This document shows positions 42,879-56,623 of a stretch of 64,000 nt of DNA, in pieces (positions within the stretch are counted from its first letter, which is position 1; the number at the start of each line of letters is the position of its first letter). The DNA lies in the NCBI GenBank assembly GCA_964057225.1, contig OZ059898.1:13144001-13208000 (forward strand), read 5' to 3'. This stretch comes from Auanema rhodensis. Lineage: Eukaryota; Animalia; Nematoda. The notes beneath the pieces were generated by a model. That model was not told the DNA's origin, did not search any database, and saw only the letters and a list, made by a program, of their open reading frames with translations. The translations under genes and the position numbers were made by a program.

Positions 42879-45800
42879 TTACAGTAAAGTCTTTATGAAT
42901 TCTATAGCAGATGTAAACTGTGTGAACCAGTAGCCCTCAGCTCCTTCGAGTAAAGCGCCACCAAAGCTTTGGACATACTGAACGTTGGAGAACAAAGCAG
43001 GTGGATTAGCCTAAACTTCCAAGATACATTATAAAAACCCAAACTTTAAATACTTGAATTAGAACGTATACTAATACGGGAGTTACATCATCAGCAGCAG
43101 CTGCACCTACTCCTGGAGCCATAGACAGCAAGTTGCTAATAGTCTCGCAACATCTGGAAGTGCAAGTTCAAAAATTTTCATCATTTCTTGTAGATATACC
43201 TAACAATACAAGCCAGTTTATCTTTTACAGACTTATAAGCATTAATGACATTGACCTCAGCTTGCGCAGAAGGCCAAGGAGCTTCACCATGTAAAGCCTT
43301 AAAATCAAATAAACTTCAGAACAAAAAAAAGAAGAAAAAATACAGTTGGAATCCTTAACATTGGATGATCTGGAGTGATTGTACGAGATAACCTTGACAA
43401 TGCTTTGCAGAACAAGCTGCAAATTAATTTGGTTTCATTGTCGAAACAAACAATAGCTTACTCATCACGGTGACGATCAGCTTCATGATTAGGATAGAAA
43501 GCGGTCACATGAATTTGAGCCATGATAACCCTTTCCAAAGCTAAGCGAGAGTATCCTAACATTGCACTGGGAGCATCGCACAGTATGCTAGATTTAGACA
43601 TTCTAGCATACAAAGAGTTGAGAACCCGAGATAGAGCTTCAATCTTTTCATCCTAAAAATCAAAATATCTTTCAGATAATCCGAATACAACAAACCTGTG
43701 CTTTAAGGGCGCAGAAATCATGAATAAACATACGCACAGAGTTATCTTTATTCTCAAGATAGAAACGAATGAGAACATCAACTATACAGTCGGATGTTAA
43801 ACTCTTTTCTCTGAAAAATAGATAAGTTAATACAAAAATAAATAAAATAGCTTTTCATGCCTTTGAATTCGTGATGATAATCGATCTAAATAGCTGATAA
43901 GACGAAGAAGAGTTAATCTAGAATGTTGGAGATACATGACATAGGATGTTCTACGACGATGCTCTTCACGTAATGTTCTCAACAGTTTGCGAATACTGTA
44001 AATAAGGATATGAGAAACAAAAAGAAAATATATTACAACCCCTTCGAATCAAAAACTTGGATACATCTCATCACTTCTCTTATGTGAGCTGAAAGAACTT
44101 GTTGCCTTCCATTGATGGCTTCAGCTAATAAGGTTCTCAACAAACTAGTAAGTTGTTCCCGCTCATTACCATTTCTAAAGTTTTGAAGTGTAAATGGGAA
44201 ATAGACAAACGGGCGAACCTTTGTTTTTCCTCTTTTGACAATTCAACACTCGGTAAACCACCTGCACTACTGAGAACTAATCTGAGTTTTCGTTTTGCAT
44301 CTAGGAAAGCTCTGAAAAATAGAAATAATTGAAGATACTGTTGTACCAAGTTACCGGCATTGAGAAAGATTCTCAGGGCAGTAATAAGGGGGAATATCTT
44401 CCATAGCAACAGGGGGGATCAATGGAGCAGGAGCAGCACCAGCCCCTTCATCTGATACGTCAATGAGGACAGCCGGAGAAGGCTTCTGATATTTAGCAAG
44501 AATATCATCGGCTAATCGATCCATATCTGAAACATAATTGAAAATCTAATTAAATTGTAGGTAAAGTAACCTGCTAGTCTATTTTCGCTCTGACTGCTAG
44601 CTAATTTCGGATCATTTCTATCATTTACCCCCATGTCGCCAAACAAATCAGAAAGTGTTGAAGAATGAGGAAGTTGACGAAGTGGAGTGTTAGCAATTCC
44701 TTTAAAGAAAGAAATCTTAGTTTTTGATACAAAATCATTAATTACCTTTTCGAACTTTGTCTCCAACTTTCTGCAAGCCTTGGAAAATAGCTAAAGTTCG
44801 ACGATTCTGACCTTGCTCTACTGGACGAGATGGCCCTGGAGCATTTGGATCTACTGGAAGTCTATCTCTACCACTTGGTGATGAATTAACAGATGGCATT
44901 CCATTAGACCGAGAATCATTCGAAGTATTTCGGAAAACTGGTGGTCGAGCAGGTAATGGTGGAATCTGCTGCCTATCTTCATCATGATCTCTGTAAGGTA
45001 AATTTCCAGATACAAGAATAAGATCATTACTCACCTTTCTGAACCAACTTCACTACGTGAATAACTGAATGAGCTACCACTACTTTGACGTCGCATACGC
45101 TCACCACCCGCTACATCAATTAATTGGACAGGCATAGCCTTAATATACTAAATTTTAAAAAAACAATTATACACAATACCTCTGCATTATTTGCCGCGGC
45201 CATCTCTTGTTCTCGAACTTCTTCTTGAATTTCTCGAACTTGCCGGTCCCTTTCTCTTCCACCATCTGCTTCAGAATCGCTGGCTATAGCATCCAGAGAC
45301 CAAGTATCACTTCTGTCCTCTACAGGCAAAGCACCGCCTCCAACAGAACTTGTTCGGTTCACAGGTCTAACATTTCGATTATTTTCAGCTTCCATAGGAG
45401 GTAACTGAGGCAAGGGAGGAGCAGGAGCTGAAGTTTCATCGTCAGAAGCAACAACATTAGTAGACCAGCTGTCAGACAGAAGAGATCTCTGATCATCACC
45501 TCAAAAAAAACAAAGAATAAAAATAAATTCGAGAATAAATGAAATTACGATATGGACGATTCTGATCTGAAGTGGGAACAGTGAACTTTCCAAACTTTTC
45601 CTCTAATCCTTCGGCATTCTCTTTTCTCACGGCTACAGGAACGGGTGGTAAGCCTCGTTGTTCAACCCTAACAGTAGCTACTCCTGCTGAGATTGATGCA
45701 GCAGCAACATCAACTTCTACATAACAGTTATATAATCTTCGGGAAAAAATTACCAACCTTGTTCCATTCCTTCATTATCACGATTGAGCTGGCTTAGTGG

Positions 45801-48531
45801 AGTATCACGTCCACTCAAGCTTGGGGATCCTCTTCCGCTCATTCCACCAACATCGGATACGTTATCCGGCAAAGTAGAAGCGTTATCTTCATCCATTAGC
45901 AGAAGTCTGGAAAAGACCAAACAACGTTTAATGTTTCAATAAACAATAAAAGTAGATTAATCAGAAATGAACTGACCTGTCTTCTTGAGGAGCTTCCTGA
46001 CTGCTTGAAACAGATGCAACTTCATCAGCAGCTTCCTCTTCCAAATCTGACGCATGATCGGTAGTTCTATCAGAAATAGCTGATCCGACTAAAACGAAAC
46101 TATACTTTGAAAAAAACAAGAGACTGTACCAATACTGCTGGTTTCTACAAATCGAGCTCTCTTTTCATTTCCATCTCTACTTCTCTTCGTCGTTTCTTTT
46201 CCAATACTTTCCATATACATTTCTTCAGCAATCAGTCCAATCTTTTCACTAAATCAATAATAATAAAAAGCCAAATCAAGTGGATAAATACCCATTAGGT
46301 TCAGCAATGAATAGCACAAGATCAAAATATTCGTTAGAAAGTTGTGAAGTTGATTGTAACTCTGAAGCTGATGCAACTGATAAACGAGAGGGAGAATGAT
46401 TCGAATTTAGAGAAGTTTGAACTGAAATTTGAAGAATAATAGAAAATCAGACAACTATTTGAAAACCTTTATCACGTAGGTTTCTTAATCGACTAGATGA
46501 TTGTTGTGAGGGAGGAGTAGAGCTCTCAGCGTTCACAGGCATAGAAGCAGAAGTGAAGGAAGTTGGCAGTTTCTTACACAGAGTTTTGATTTCTTCCTTG
46601 ACCGTAGACGAAGTTATATGCTCAGCTATTCCAAAATGTAAAATTGATAACTGAAAGAAAAGATCATTAATAGCAACAAAAAAATTGAACAAACCAAGGT
46701 GTTCACTTCTGATACAGATCCCATAGAGTGTTGTCTACAAAAAAGTTCATGTGTTCTATTCGAACCAGCTAATAGAACTGGGAATAGAGAATCTAGAGAA
46801 GGTGTGGGTTTTCCAAGAAGAGATTCCACTATCGTTGATATTTGACTCTAAAAATAACATATGTATAAGTAAATATTAAAATCGACCAACATCTCTGAAC
46901 TGCGTTGCGAAAATATGAAAATGGGGAGGTGGGGCTTCATGACGACTAAGCACTAAAGTCTAAAAAATAAAATTTAGTTGAATCAATGTGAAAATCCAAA
47001 AACCTGAATGATTTGACCAATTTGCATAAGATTAAACCGAGCTATATGACTAATGGGTGTATCACTGATAATTCCAATTGTTTCAGGATTGGCAATGGCT
47101 GGACAGATTAGATTAGTTACAATCAGATCCGAACATATAAGCATTACCTCAAAATATAAAAAATATAAAATAGAGAATATTTAAACTTACTTCATTATCA
47201 GATAATCCTCTATTTACAAGCGAAGTATGAAGTTCTTTTACCAAATATATTAAACTAGAGGGAAAACTGTTTAATGCATCGCAGATGCCTGAAGGAATCA
47301 CACATGTTAATATTTCAAACATACACATACCTTTTATAAAGTTATGAGCCAGTAAAACAAGCTTTTCAACAATAATTTTACGATGAGCAGCAACTTTTTT
47401 GTGATATTGAGGGTTTAGCGGATCATCACCAAACCTTCTAACACGTTCAGCTGCAGGAAATCTTAGAACTGACTGAAACAGCTTATTTTTATAAAATGTT
47501 TTTTCATGAAAGTTTTACTTTTGATGGATCAATATCCAGAAAAATATCATCTTGACAAAGTACCAACATAACCGAATCGTGTAGAGCCGATGTGAGGAAA
47601 ATCTGAGAATATTGTTTTAAAAGAGATATTTAAATAAAATCACCTTCGATGTGAATAAAGATTCACTAAATAAACGGTATAAACGTGGAAATGCTGCATT
47701 CCCTTTTCTTAAAATAAGACGAGGATCATTGGCGCAAACAAGTTGAACCCTGACAAGATGAGTCAGAACTTCAAGAATAATTTTTTCATCTGACGGAAAT
47801 ATTCCATTTCCATAAATCAGAGAAAAAACAGCTTGAACAGCATCTTCTGTTGATAAGCTCTAAGAATTTCAACAATTGTCAATACAAAAATAAATAAAAA
47901 TGAAACCTGTGCATTGTCCACAGCATGAAGAACTTCTGCTACGCTTTTTGGTGAAGATAATAGTATTTGCAGTATGCGACCAACTGATGAATGATGATGA
48001 CCCAACCGCCTGAAAAATTAATGAAGGATTAGAAATATAAGAAAGAACTTTGCATACTTGTAAGCTTCTGTAACTTCTACTCCGTCTAGACGAGATGCTA
48101 TTGTTGAAGTGTTTTCCGGTGAAACAAGTGCATGAGAACTTAATAAACGAGAAAGAACAATCTGTCAAATAAACTAATGAAGAAAAACGCGAATACAACT
48201 ATAACTACTTGATACTGCCTGCTACACCATGACAAAGAACCGAGATCAATAAGCTTTTTTTCGAGAGTTATATGTAGATCACGAAGAGAAGATACCTAAA
48301 GCGAAAATAATATTTTAAAGGTAGACCGCTAAATCAGATGTCAAAATTCAACCACCCTCTAGAGAAACGGTGTGAAAAATAAAAGTTATTCATAACTTAC
48401 AAGTTCATAATTGATTATGTAACTTTTTCATGAAATAAAAGTACAAGAGCACTCACCTCACTGGATACAAGTAGCTTTTCAGCACGAAGTCGATCACATA
48501 GCAACCACACTGTATCTCGTTGCCCTTCCAT
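42879..48531 (-). CDS. rme-6: RME-6/GAPVD1: RasGAP-like plus VPS9 Rab5 GEF
   Basis: N-terminus WLLCDRLRAEKLLVSSE; DDPRLILRKGNAAFPRLYRLFSE; WSLDAIASDSE; AFYPNHEADRHRD; GEAPWPSAQAE; AADDVTPVLVYVLIQANPP; EGYWFTQFTSAIEFIKTLL*. Confidence 0.9.
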
Positions 48532-48818
48532 CGAGTTACAATAAGTACCTACTCCATCTACAAAATTCGTACCTATGAATAAAAATAAGACAATTTAAAA
48601 AAAACAAATGCGATATCCAAGAGGAACATAACCATACGAATATCTAATAAGATGAAAAAATAAATCAATTTATAAATATAATTTTACAAAGGAATGAGAA
48701 AATACTATCACATAAAAGAGAACATAAATACACATAATAGGGCAGATTGACGAATACTCGTACGCGTTCCTACTACGAAAAAAAGCTGATTATAAAGAAA
48801 AATTCGTGACACCGACGA

Positions 48819-50896
48819 TTATTTAAGTTCAACGTGGACCATCTCATTACGCGAGAATCCCAGATTTTTTAATGTACATTCAGACTGATCAATAGAATAC
48901 TCTCTTCTGGGAAATGAGAGTATAAAAACATGATCATGTCCGGAAATGCCTAATCCATTGATGCAAGATATTAATGCCTGATAAAAGTTATGTGTGAAGG
49001 TGCTCGTATCATACAACTTACTTTTAGTTTACTTTCATCTGTAATCTCTAGAGTATGCAGACGACCATCAGGTAGTTTAAGACGAATTCTACAAGGAGAG
49101 CCGTTGGGAGCCACCTACAATTACAAAACACTATGTTAAAAAAAATATCAGAAAACAAAACCTCTTTCAGCCAGTCATCCTTATCAACAACTGACAAAGA
49201 TTTAGTATCATGATTTAATAGCTCTTCAACATCCGTATCATCTAAGCATAAATTATCTAATATGATAAAAAAATAAAATGATTACCTCCCATTTCCATAA
49301 ATCTTGATCGTTTATTTTTCAATAATCCATTCTCGGAATTTGGTTTCCGTTTTCTGGTCAACTTTGGACCGGCATCCATATCATCGTCCATGGCGACAGA
49401 TCTACTACATTCTGGCTGAAAATCACAACTGTCTGTGACATTTAGATTGCCTTAATATCTTACCTCTGCAGCTGCATCTGGATTATAACCGGGTCCAAAG
49501 GCATCGGGTTCTGCACCTAGCATACGCCCTCCAATAATAAAACGGTCGCGAGTGGCAAGATCAGGAAATTGATCTAAGAAGGTGGTCACTGAAAATGATC
49601 AAGTTAAAATAGTACAAAATAGTAAAATTTTGCTTACAACTATCACAAAATGTTACGGGATCTTGTTGATTAAGCAAGATTGTTGTAACTAGTTCTCCAG
49701 TCCGAGGGTCAACGATAAACAAAGATGGGAAAGAATTGATTCTATAATAATTACAAACACGTTCCCCATCACTGGAATCGTGACTAATCTGAAAAAAAAA
49801 GAACAAAAAAATAAAACATAAAAAGATTAAGACACATACCTGATAAAAAATGAAATTAGTTTTAACTAATTCTTTGACCGCACTATTACTCCATACATCC
49901 CTATTTAACTCTTCGCAAGCGAAGAATTTATAGTTTTGTATGTTAACTAAAAGCCATTTTTCTGCTCTGGAAGCCATTGTTTTCACCTATAATTCAAAAC
50001 GTTACAATAAAAAAAGCACAGATAACATGCCGTTTCCCAAGAGCCAGAGAACATGATATCAACCGGAGGTCGGAAAAGGAAGGACAAAGAGTTTGTTGAA
50101 CGGTTGTTATTACCTCTCTGAAATGATAATATTTATGATAAAATAATTACTAATTCTACCAGCTCAACAGGAGCATCATTATCTTCAAAAGTTATTCCAT
50201 TTTGAGCTCTTCTCATGGTTCTTTCTTGTTCAACTGAAACCAACAGATATTCAAATTTTCAAAATAAAATTATCTTACGTGCTTCCTGTCGGAAATCCCT
50301 AACTTCATTGTTAAATGCGCTATGAACACGCGTTCGAGATCCTGATAAATTTAATTAAATTAAAAAATAAATATATAGAAATTACTTACCATATTGTTGA
50401 TTGAATGACTGCTGAACTAGAGGTCCGCGGGAAAATTGCATGGGGGCTCGTACCTTAATTGGAAATTAATAACTGGAAATGAAAGTAGGGTATACTTCTG
50501 GTTCCATACATACAGGAGGTAAAATATTATTACGATTGTTACATTTACCGTTCGTTTTAGATTTAGGGGGAGGTTTGCGTTGATGAACCACTTGCACATC
50601 ATCGTTATCACATGTCATGGGTCTGGAGCACACAGCTATAGCATAAACAAAATCAGTGTAAACTAACTCATCGTTAAACAGGGGAGGATCATTTGCCCCT
50701 TCAGAAGATCCTGCTACCGCATCCCTAGCAAAAAATAAATCTACTGCTGTTGCCAAATCGAATGAACAAGCTTCTAAATATTGTGTGATTTCTTTGGGGT
50801 TTCGGCAGCCTAAAACCATAATGCATAAGTTACAACATTGAGAGTAAAGTTACCGGTTATATTGCGGAACTCCTCACAAAGATGTTTCTTATTCAT
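48819..50896 (-). CDS. UBXN7/Ubx5-like p97 adaptor (UBA-UAS-UBX)
   Basis: UBA (FRNITGC..YLEACSFDLATAVDLFF), UAS (LFRPPVDIMFSGSW..KWLLVNIQ..FACEELNRDVWSN), UBX (CRIRLKLPDGR..FPRR..TLKNLG). Confidence 0.85.
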
Positions 50897-51415
50897 ACTA
50901 TTTGTCCTTTCATGTGTGATAGCTTAGCTAACTAAACATGAAAATTCCAACTTTGAATAAAGTAAACAAGAAAAAAACTTTAAGGAAATTAAAAAATTAT
51001 AATCGTTAGCATCAAATATGGCAACGACATAGTTATAACACTATGATAGTCATCAACGTACATAATGAGAAACAGGAAAACAATTCTTAAAAGAAATTCA
51101 ATATCAAAACAAATTAAAAGTCTTCTTATGCATGTATTTCATTATTAAAATTCAACAAAAAGCCTAATTATAGTTTTAACAACATTTACATAAAGCAATA
51201 GCTTGAATGCAGTAGCTTTCAACAGTAGACACTCATTTACCGTAAATTACCATCGAGTCGTTTAAAGAAAAATGGTGTTCGTAGGCTGAATTCGACAGAC
51301 TTTTTGGTCTGACGTCTGCAACGTCAGCAAATTCCAGATTTTAAAATGAAAAGTGTTTTTTTCATATTATTTTAGATTCTGAACTTCTCATTTTCATTAC
51401 TGATTTTTTCAGAAT
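50897..51415. promoter_or_regulatory. Bidirectional promoter region between two operon-like clusters
   Basis: Head-to-head ATGs at 50896 and 51416; inverted CTGACGT/ACGTCAG at 51309-51327; TTTTTCAG acceptor ending at 51412. Confidence 0.5.
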
Positions 51416-52288
51416 ATGTCAGTTACCAACTATCAGTCAGATGAAGAGGCAAAGCACAAAATTGTGCCAATGTTTGTGGTCTGTATATAATCGTTTTTTC
51501 AAATCAAATTGTATTTTCAAGGCTGAACGGGACTGCGGCCCGAAAGAACACCCATTAGAGTTCACATACGTGTATTCTTATTTTGTTCGACCTGAAAAAT
51601 TTGATCCTGAGGATTATGCCAAGTATGTACAACCCGTGGCTGCAGTAAAATCAGTTGAACAGTTTTGGAGAGTTTATCGTCATTTGCAGCGGCCATCCGG
51701 TAGTTCTTATCATTTGTTTTGAATTTATTGCCTAGTATTTAGATATCAATGACAAAGTTGATATTCATTTTTTTAAAAAGAATATCAAACCCGTTTGGGA
51801 AGACGATGACAATGTAAAAGGTGGTAAGTGGATTTTGAGACTGAAGAAGGTTTGTTTACTTCTCTCTCCGCTTACATCCTATTTCTCATATCTTTCAGGG
51901 TTTGTCTACTCGTGTTTGGGAAAACTTATTACTCGCCATGATTGGTGAACAGTTCCTAGTAGGTGAGGAGATTTGTGGTGCTGTATGTTCTATCAGAAAC
52001 CAGGAAGATATAGTCTCTTTGTGGAATAGGTAACCTTGAATAAATTTCATTTCCTCAAATTCAATTGTTATTTTCTCAGAACTGCTTCCGATGTAGGCGT
52101 AACTAATCGAATTAGAGATACTCTTAGGCGTGTATTGAATCTCCCCATAAATGCCGTGCTTGAATATAAACGTCATGATGACTGTTTGAGGTAATCTCTA
52201 GTCCCTCCAGAAGTACCACTAATTAATAAAATATTTCAGGGACCAAAGTAGTTATCGCCATGCTAATGTCGGCGTTCGAAGAGTTTAA
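51416..52288 (+). CDS. ife-4: eIF4E class II (4EHP) cap-binding protein
   Basis: HPLEFTYVYSYF..SVEQFWRVYRHL..FKKNIKPVWED..GGKWILRLKKGLSTRVWENLLLAMIGEQF..EYKRHDDCL. Confidence 0.92.
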
Positions 52289-52458
52289 AACAGTTACACT
52301 TATCACTACTGAATTGTTTCATTGTTATTGTTTTACTAAACATATATCCAGATTCTATTTTTCAATTTTCTGAGTTTTCCTCTCGTTTCTATCTTGCATC
52401 TCATCTATATCGCTTTTTTTGTGCGCTAAATATCTTTTATAATCTAGGGCCAAAATAG

Positions 52459-55400
52459 ATGTGGAGTAAGCGATGTATATTTTTGTTTTTTGCTTTTCTC
52501 ATCATACCATCAGCTTATTGTGGTCTCAAGAGTTTTAGTGATGGAAATAAGGTTTGTTAACTCTATAACTTCTCAACTCTCTCTTTCTTCAATATATTAT
52601 AGATTGATGTCTATGTAAATAAAGTAGGACCATATGCAAATATTCATGAAACTTATCATTATTACCAACTACCTTTGTGCAGACCAGAAAAGGTTTATTT
52701 TGGTTTCTATAGTTTGTTTTCACAACATTGAACATCCTAGATTGTTCATAAATCTCTATCTCTCGGTCAAGTTCTTGATGGCGATCGCATGGCTGAGTCC
52801 GCATTTCGAATAAATTTCGGTCAATCTGTGCAAACGACTTCGCTATGTGGCGAGCAGAGTATATCTCTGAAAGAGTCTATGAAATTGATCGAGGCTATTG
52901 AGGAAGATTATTATTTTGAAATCATAATTGGTTAGGATACGCTACTTGGGTGATAACGTCAACCCATTATGCCTTTCAGATGATTTGAAAGTTCGTAATT
53001 TCCTGGGATATGTTACGGAAGAAAAAGTTTTTCCTCATGAACACAATGTCTATATTTATACACAATTTGTGTTTTTAATCACTTCAAATAAGGAAAACGT
53101 TAGTTTCAATAATAGCGACACGTTTTATCTTTCCATTTGTTAGATCCTCAACATTGAGTTAGCTATGAATTCTCCTAGAAAGCTGCATCACGACGAAGCT
53201 ATCGAATTAGATCTTCAATACAGCGTTCGTTGGAATACTACAGAGTCGGGAATTTTCAACAAATGTTCTTTGAATGTTACTATTTTCAGTTTACCATCAT
53301 CACAAAGGGCTAAAGAAGGCGTAGTTCATTTCTCCCATAAGACTATGAGAATTCATTGGTTGTCAGTTTTGAACTCTGCCCTTCTAGTATGTCTTCTGGT
53401 ATTATTAGTATCTATAATAATAGTAAGTTGTTCTCTGATCTTATCATGAATTTGATGAATTGGTAATTTCAGTTTTCCTCTGTTAAGCGTGATTTGTCTA
53501 AATATAACAAAGAGGATGATAATGACATTTTATTAGATAATGGCTGGAAGACTATAGGAATGGATGTTTTCAGATACCCAAATAATCCAATGCTTCTGAG
53601 TGCTATCATTGGTCTTTCTTTATCATTAATTGAAGTAGCAAAACTGATCTGTTCAGGTGTTGGATCACAATTCTTAGTTATTGGAGCTTGTATTCTGATA
53701 ATTGGTTCTTTGAATTTAATGAATGTTCATAGGCATGGCTTATTGAATACTCTAAGTGTAGTTCTTTATGCTTTGACCTCAGGTTCGAAATGGAGTGAAT
53801 ATCACCAAAAACTTTACTTATTACAGGAATTGCTGGATACGCATCTGCATCCAAGTATAGACAATTCCAAGGAAAAAACTGGATTGCTAATATTAATTTA
53901 ACATCTTTCCTCTTTGCTGGTCCAATGATCTTTGCTTGGTCGATAAACAACTCAGTATTTTGGGCATATCAAAGCACTCAAGCTTTACCTTGGACCACTG
54001 TACTGGTTGTGCTTGGAATTTGGCTATTGTTTGGGTATCCGTTAACAATTCTTGGTGGAATTTTGGGTAGAGGACTTAGCAATAAGTATTCAGCTCCGTG
54101 CCGGTTCGTTTTTTAGTTAAAGACATTAAATACATTTTTATAGAACTCGAAATATCCCACGACAACTTCCTCCACTTACCATTATGCACTCCACTCCAGT
54201 GTTCTCAGCTATTGGTGGCTTTCTACCATTTAGGTAATCAGAATTTTCAATTATTAGTTTTCCTCAACATCTGACGTTCAGCGCTATTTGCGTGGAACTG
54301 TATTATATTTTTTCTACGATGTGGGGTCGCGAGTCGTATACTCTGTTCTACATGGTTTTGATTGTGTTTGTTCTAACGGTAATTCTTTCCTTTCCTCGTT
54401 CTCAGATATTCAATTGCTCTTATCAGATCATCGTAGTTGCTTGTTGCGCAGTTGCCTTAACCTATTTCCAGCTGAATATGGAAGATTATCGTTGGTGGTG
54501 GAGAAGTGTGTTCCTTGGAGGGTAATTTTTTACAATTTATAAATTAGAGTCTTATTTAAAATCAAAATATATTTGTTCCCACATTACATCATGCATGTAC
54601 AACGCAACTGCTTTAAAACTGGCTTTATACCTAACTTTGCCAAGTAATATACGCAATGCAACTTGATAGGGAATTATTTCGGTCTCTTGAATTCCAATAT
54701 TGCCTTATGGTCCGCACTTTTGTTTTCAAAAGAACTATAATTGATATATTAAAACTCTGATCAAGATGCGATTCCGCTTATTTTCTTGTATGCAGACCCT
54801 CCGATCGGTTGCTCTCGTGTATCTCTCTCTCTTCTTTAACCTTCTACTAAGGGTTTAATTAATTTTCAAATTTAAAAAAAGGCTTTCATAGCGAAGTATT
54901 ATATCAAGAATTTTTAATATAAATCTCAAAAAGCATTTTTCTTTTCCAGTTTTTCTCTTTATAAAAAAGCTGTCAATTTAAAAAATTATTTTTCTACATT
55001 ATCAATCATTAACAATAGAAAAATACTTCTCCTTCTTTTGTAATTTTACAAAATAAGGTGTCAGTAAACATTTAAAACTTCCAACTTCCAATTTTTTTTG
55101 CATTGGACAAATTTTTAGAAGAGAATTGTGTTCAAAACTGATGGTTTTTTTCTTTATGTCAAAAACTAGTTTTTATTAATTAGTTCATGAAAATACTAAT
55201 TCTATTTAGTTAGAAAAAACCCAAACAACCGATCTTCCCAATTTTCTACCAACATTTGTGTTGTGTGAAAAAATTTTTTTCATAATTTCATATTGCTTTC
55301 ATAAATCCAATCTTAATTATTATCAAGGTTAATTTTCATAAACTATCACAAAGATGTACAATTTGTGATCAAATTTATCAAATATCTGTGCAATATTAGC

Positions 55401-56258
55401 ATATTTATAATCCAACGGCTAGTTATCTGACAGCTTGTCACTCTTTATGGGATTGCATGAACAACGCTTGCATTCCTTCATATAAAAACAAATGATTTTG
55501 AACAAAAGAGAAAGCGATCCCTATATTCTAGTCTTGTTCAAATGATCTAATGTATCGAACAGAACAACCACTTTCATTATTTTTTTGTTACCCTATATAT
55601 GGAGTGGTAGGATACTCTAACCGCTTATTTTTATCTAAACAATGATTCCTCTTTTAAGCTTTACATAAGGTTACCTTGAACCTTTAATTCATTAACGTTA
55701 TGAAACAATTTCTAAACATAGTTTAACGTGTTCCCTTAACCGAACAATAACGAATCAAAAAGTACTTTATGCTGTAAAGAGTGTAGAACTTCCCTTATTA
55801 TCTCTTTCAATTAATCTTTCATCATCTATGACGTTGTGTTAGTCCACCTATTACTCTGTAGAGTTTAGGAAATGAATACAACTCCGAGACTGACTACTCT
55901 GCACTCAGGTGCTAGCTACCTTTGACCCCGTTCTCAATTTTGATCTGCTAACCTTCTATCTTTTGTAGTTATAGCTTTAGATGGCGGTAAATAATATTAT
56001 TTAAAAATGATCTCCTGACCTCATGGCTTGGCGCGAAAAAAGAATTTTTATTTCAGGTCAGTAGGAGTGTTCGTATTCTGCTACGGACTATACTTTCTTC
56101 ACTATAGAAGTGAGATGACTGGCTTTGTTCAATTAACGGAGTTTTTCACTCATCTTTTCCTAATTTGCTATGTAACATTTCTTTCTATGGGTACTATATC
56201 TCATTGGGCCTCTCACAAGTTCGTTGTATATATATTTTCTTCTGTTAAGAGTGATTAG
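52459..56258 (+). CDS. Transmembrane 9 superfamily member 1 (TM9SF1/EMP70)
   Basis: Signal peptide; [23 protein letters not shown]; IHWLSVLNS; [13 protein letters not shown]; EDYRWWWRS; C-terminus SVKSD*. Last intron is 1.5 kb. Confidence 0.9.
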
Positions 56259-56623
56259 AGGTATATTTATGGTTGGGATTGTTTACTGTGATACTTTATT
56301 TTAAACTCTAATAAGCTATTGTTGTAATATCAGGGGATTCTTGCATAACATTATGGGTTGGGTTAGTAAACCTGTTTAGCTGTGATCTTTCAATTGTGAT
56401 GACTTTTCATGCTTTATGACACAAAGTAAATCGTATTATTCCTTCTAATTGTTCCATTCTGTTGTTGATTGTGTATTCCTTTCTTCTCGATGCTTAACTT
56501 TAATTTCAGTTCTTGGTTACGTTTCAAACGACAGGAACCCGCATCAGTGATTAACTAACTAACACATAAAGTTCGTTTTTCATTGATTTTTCAAAATATT
56601 CATTATTTTTCAGATAAATTACC

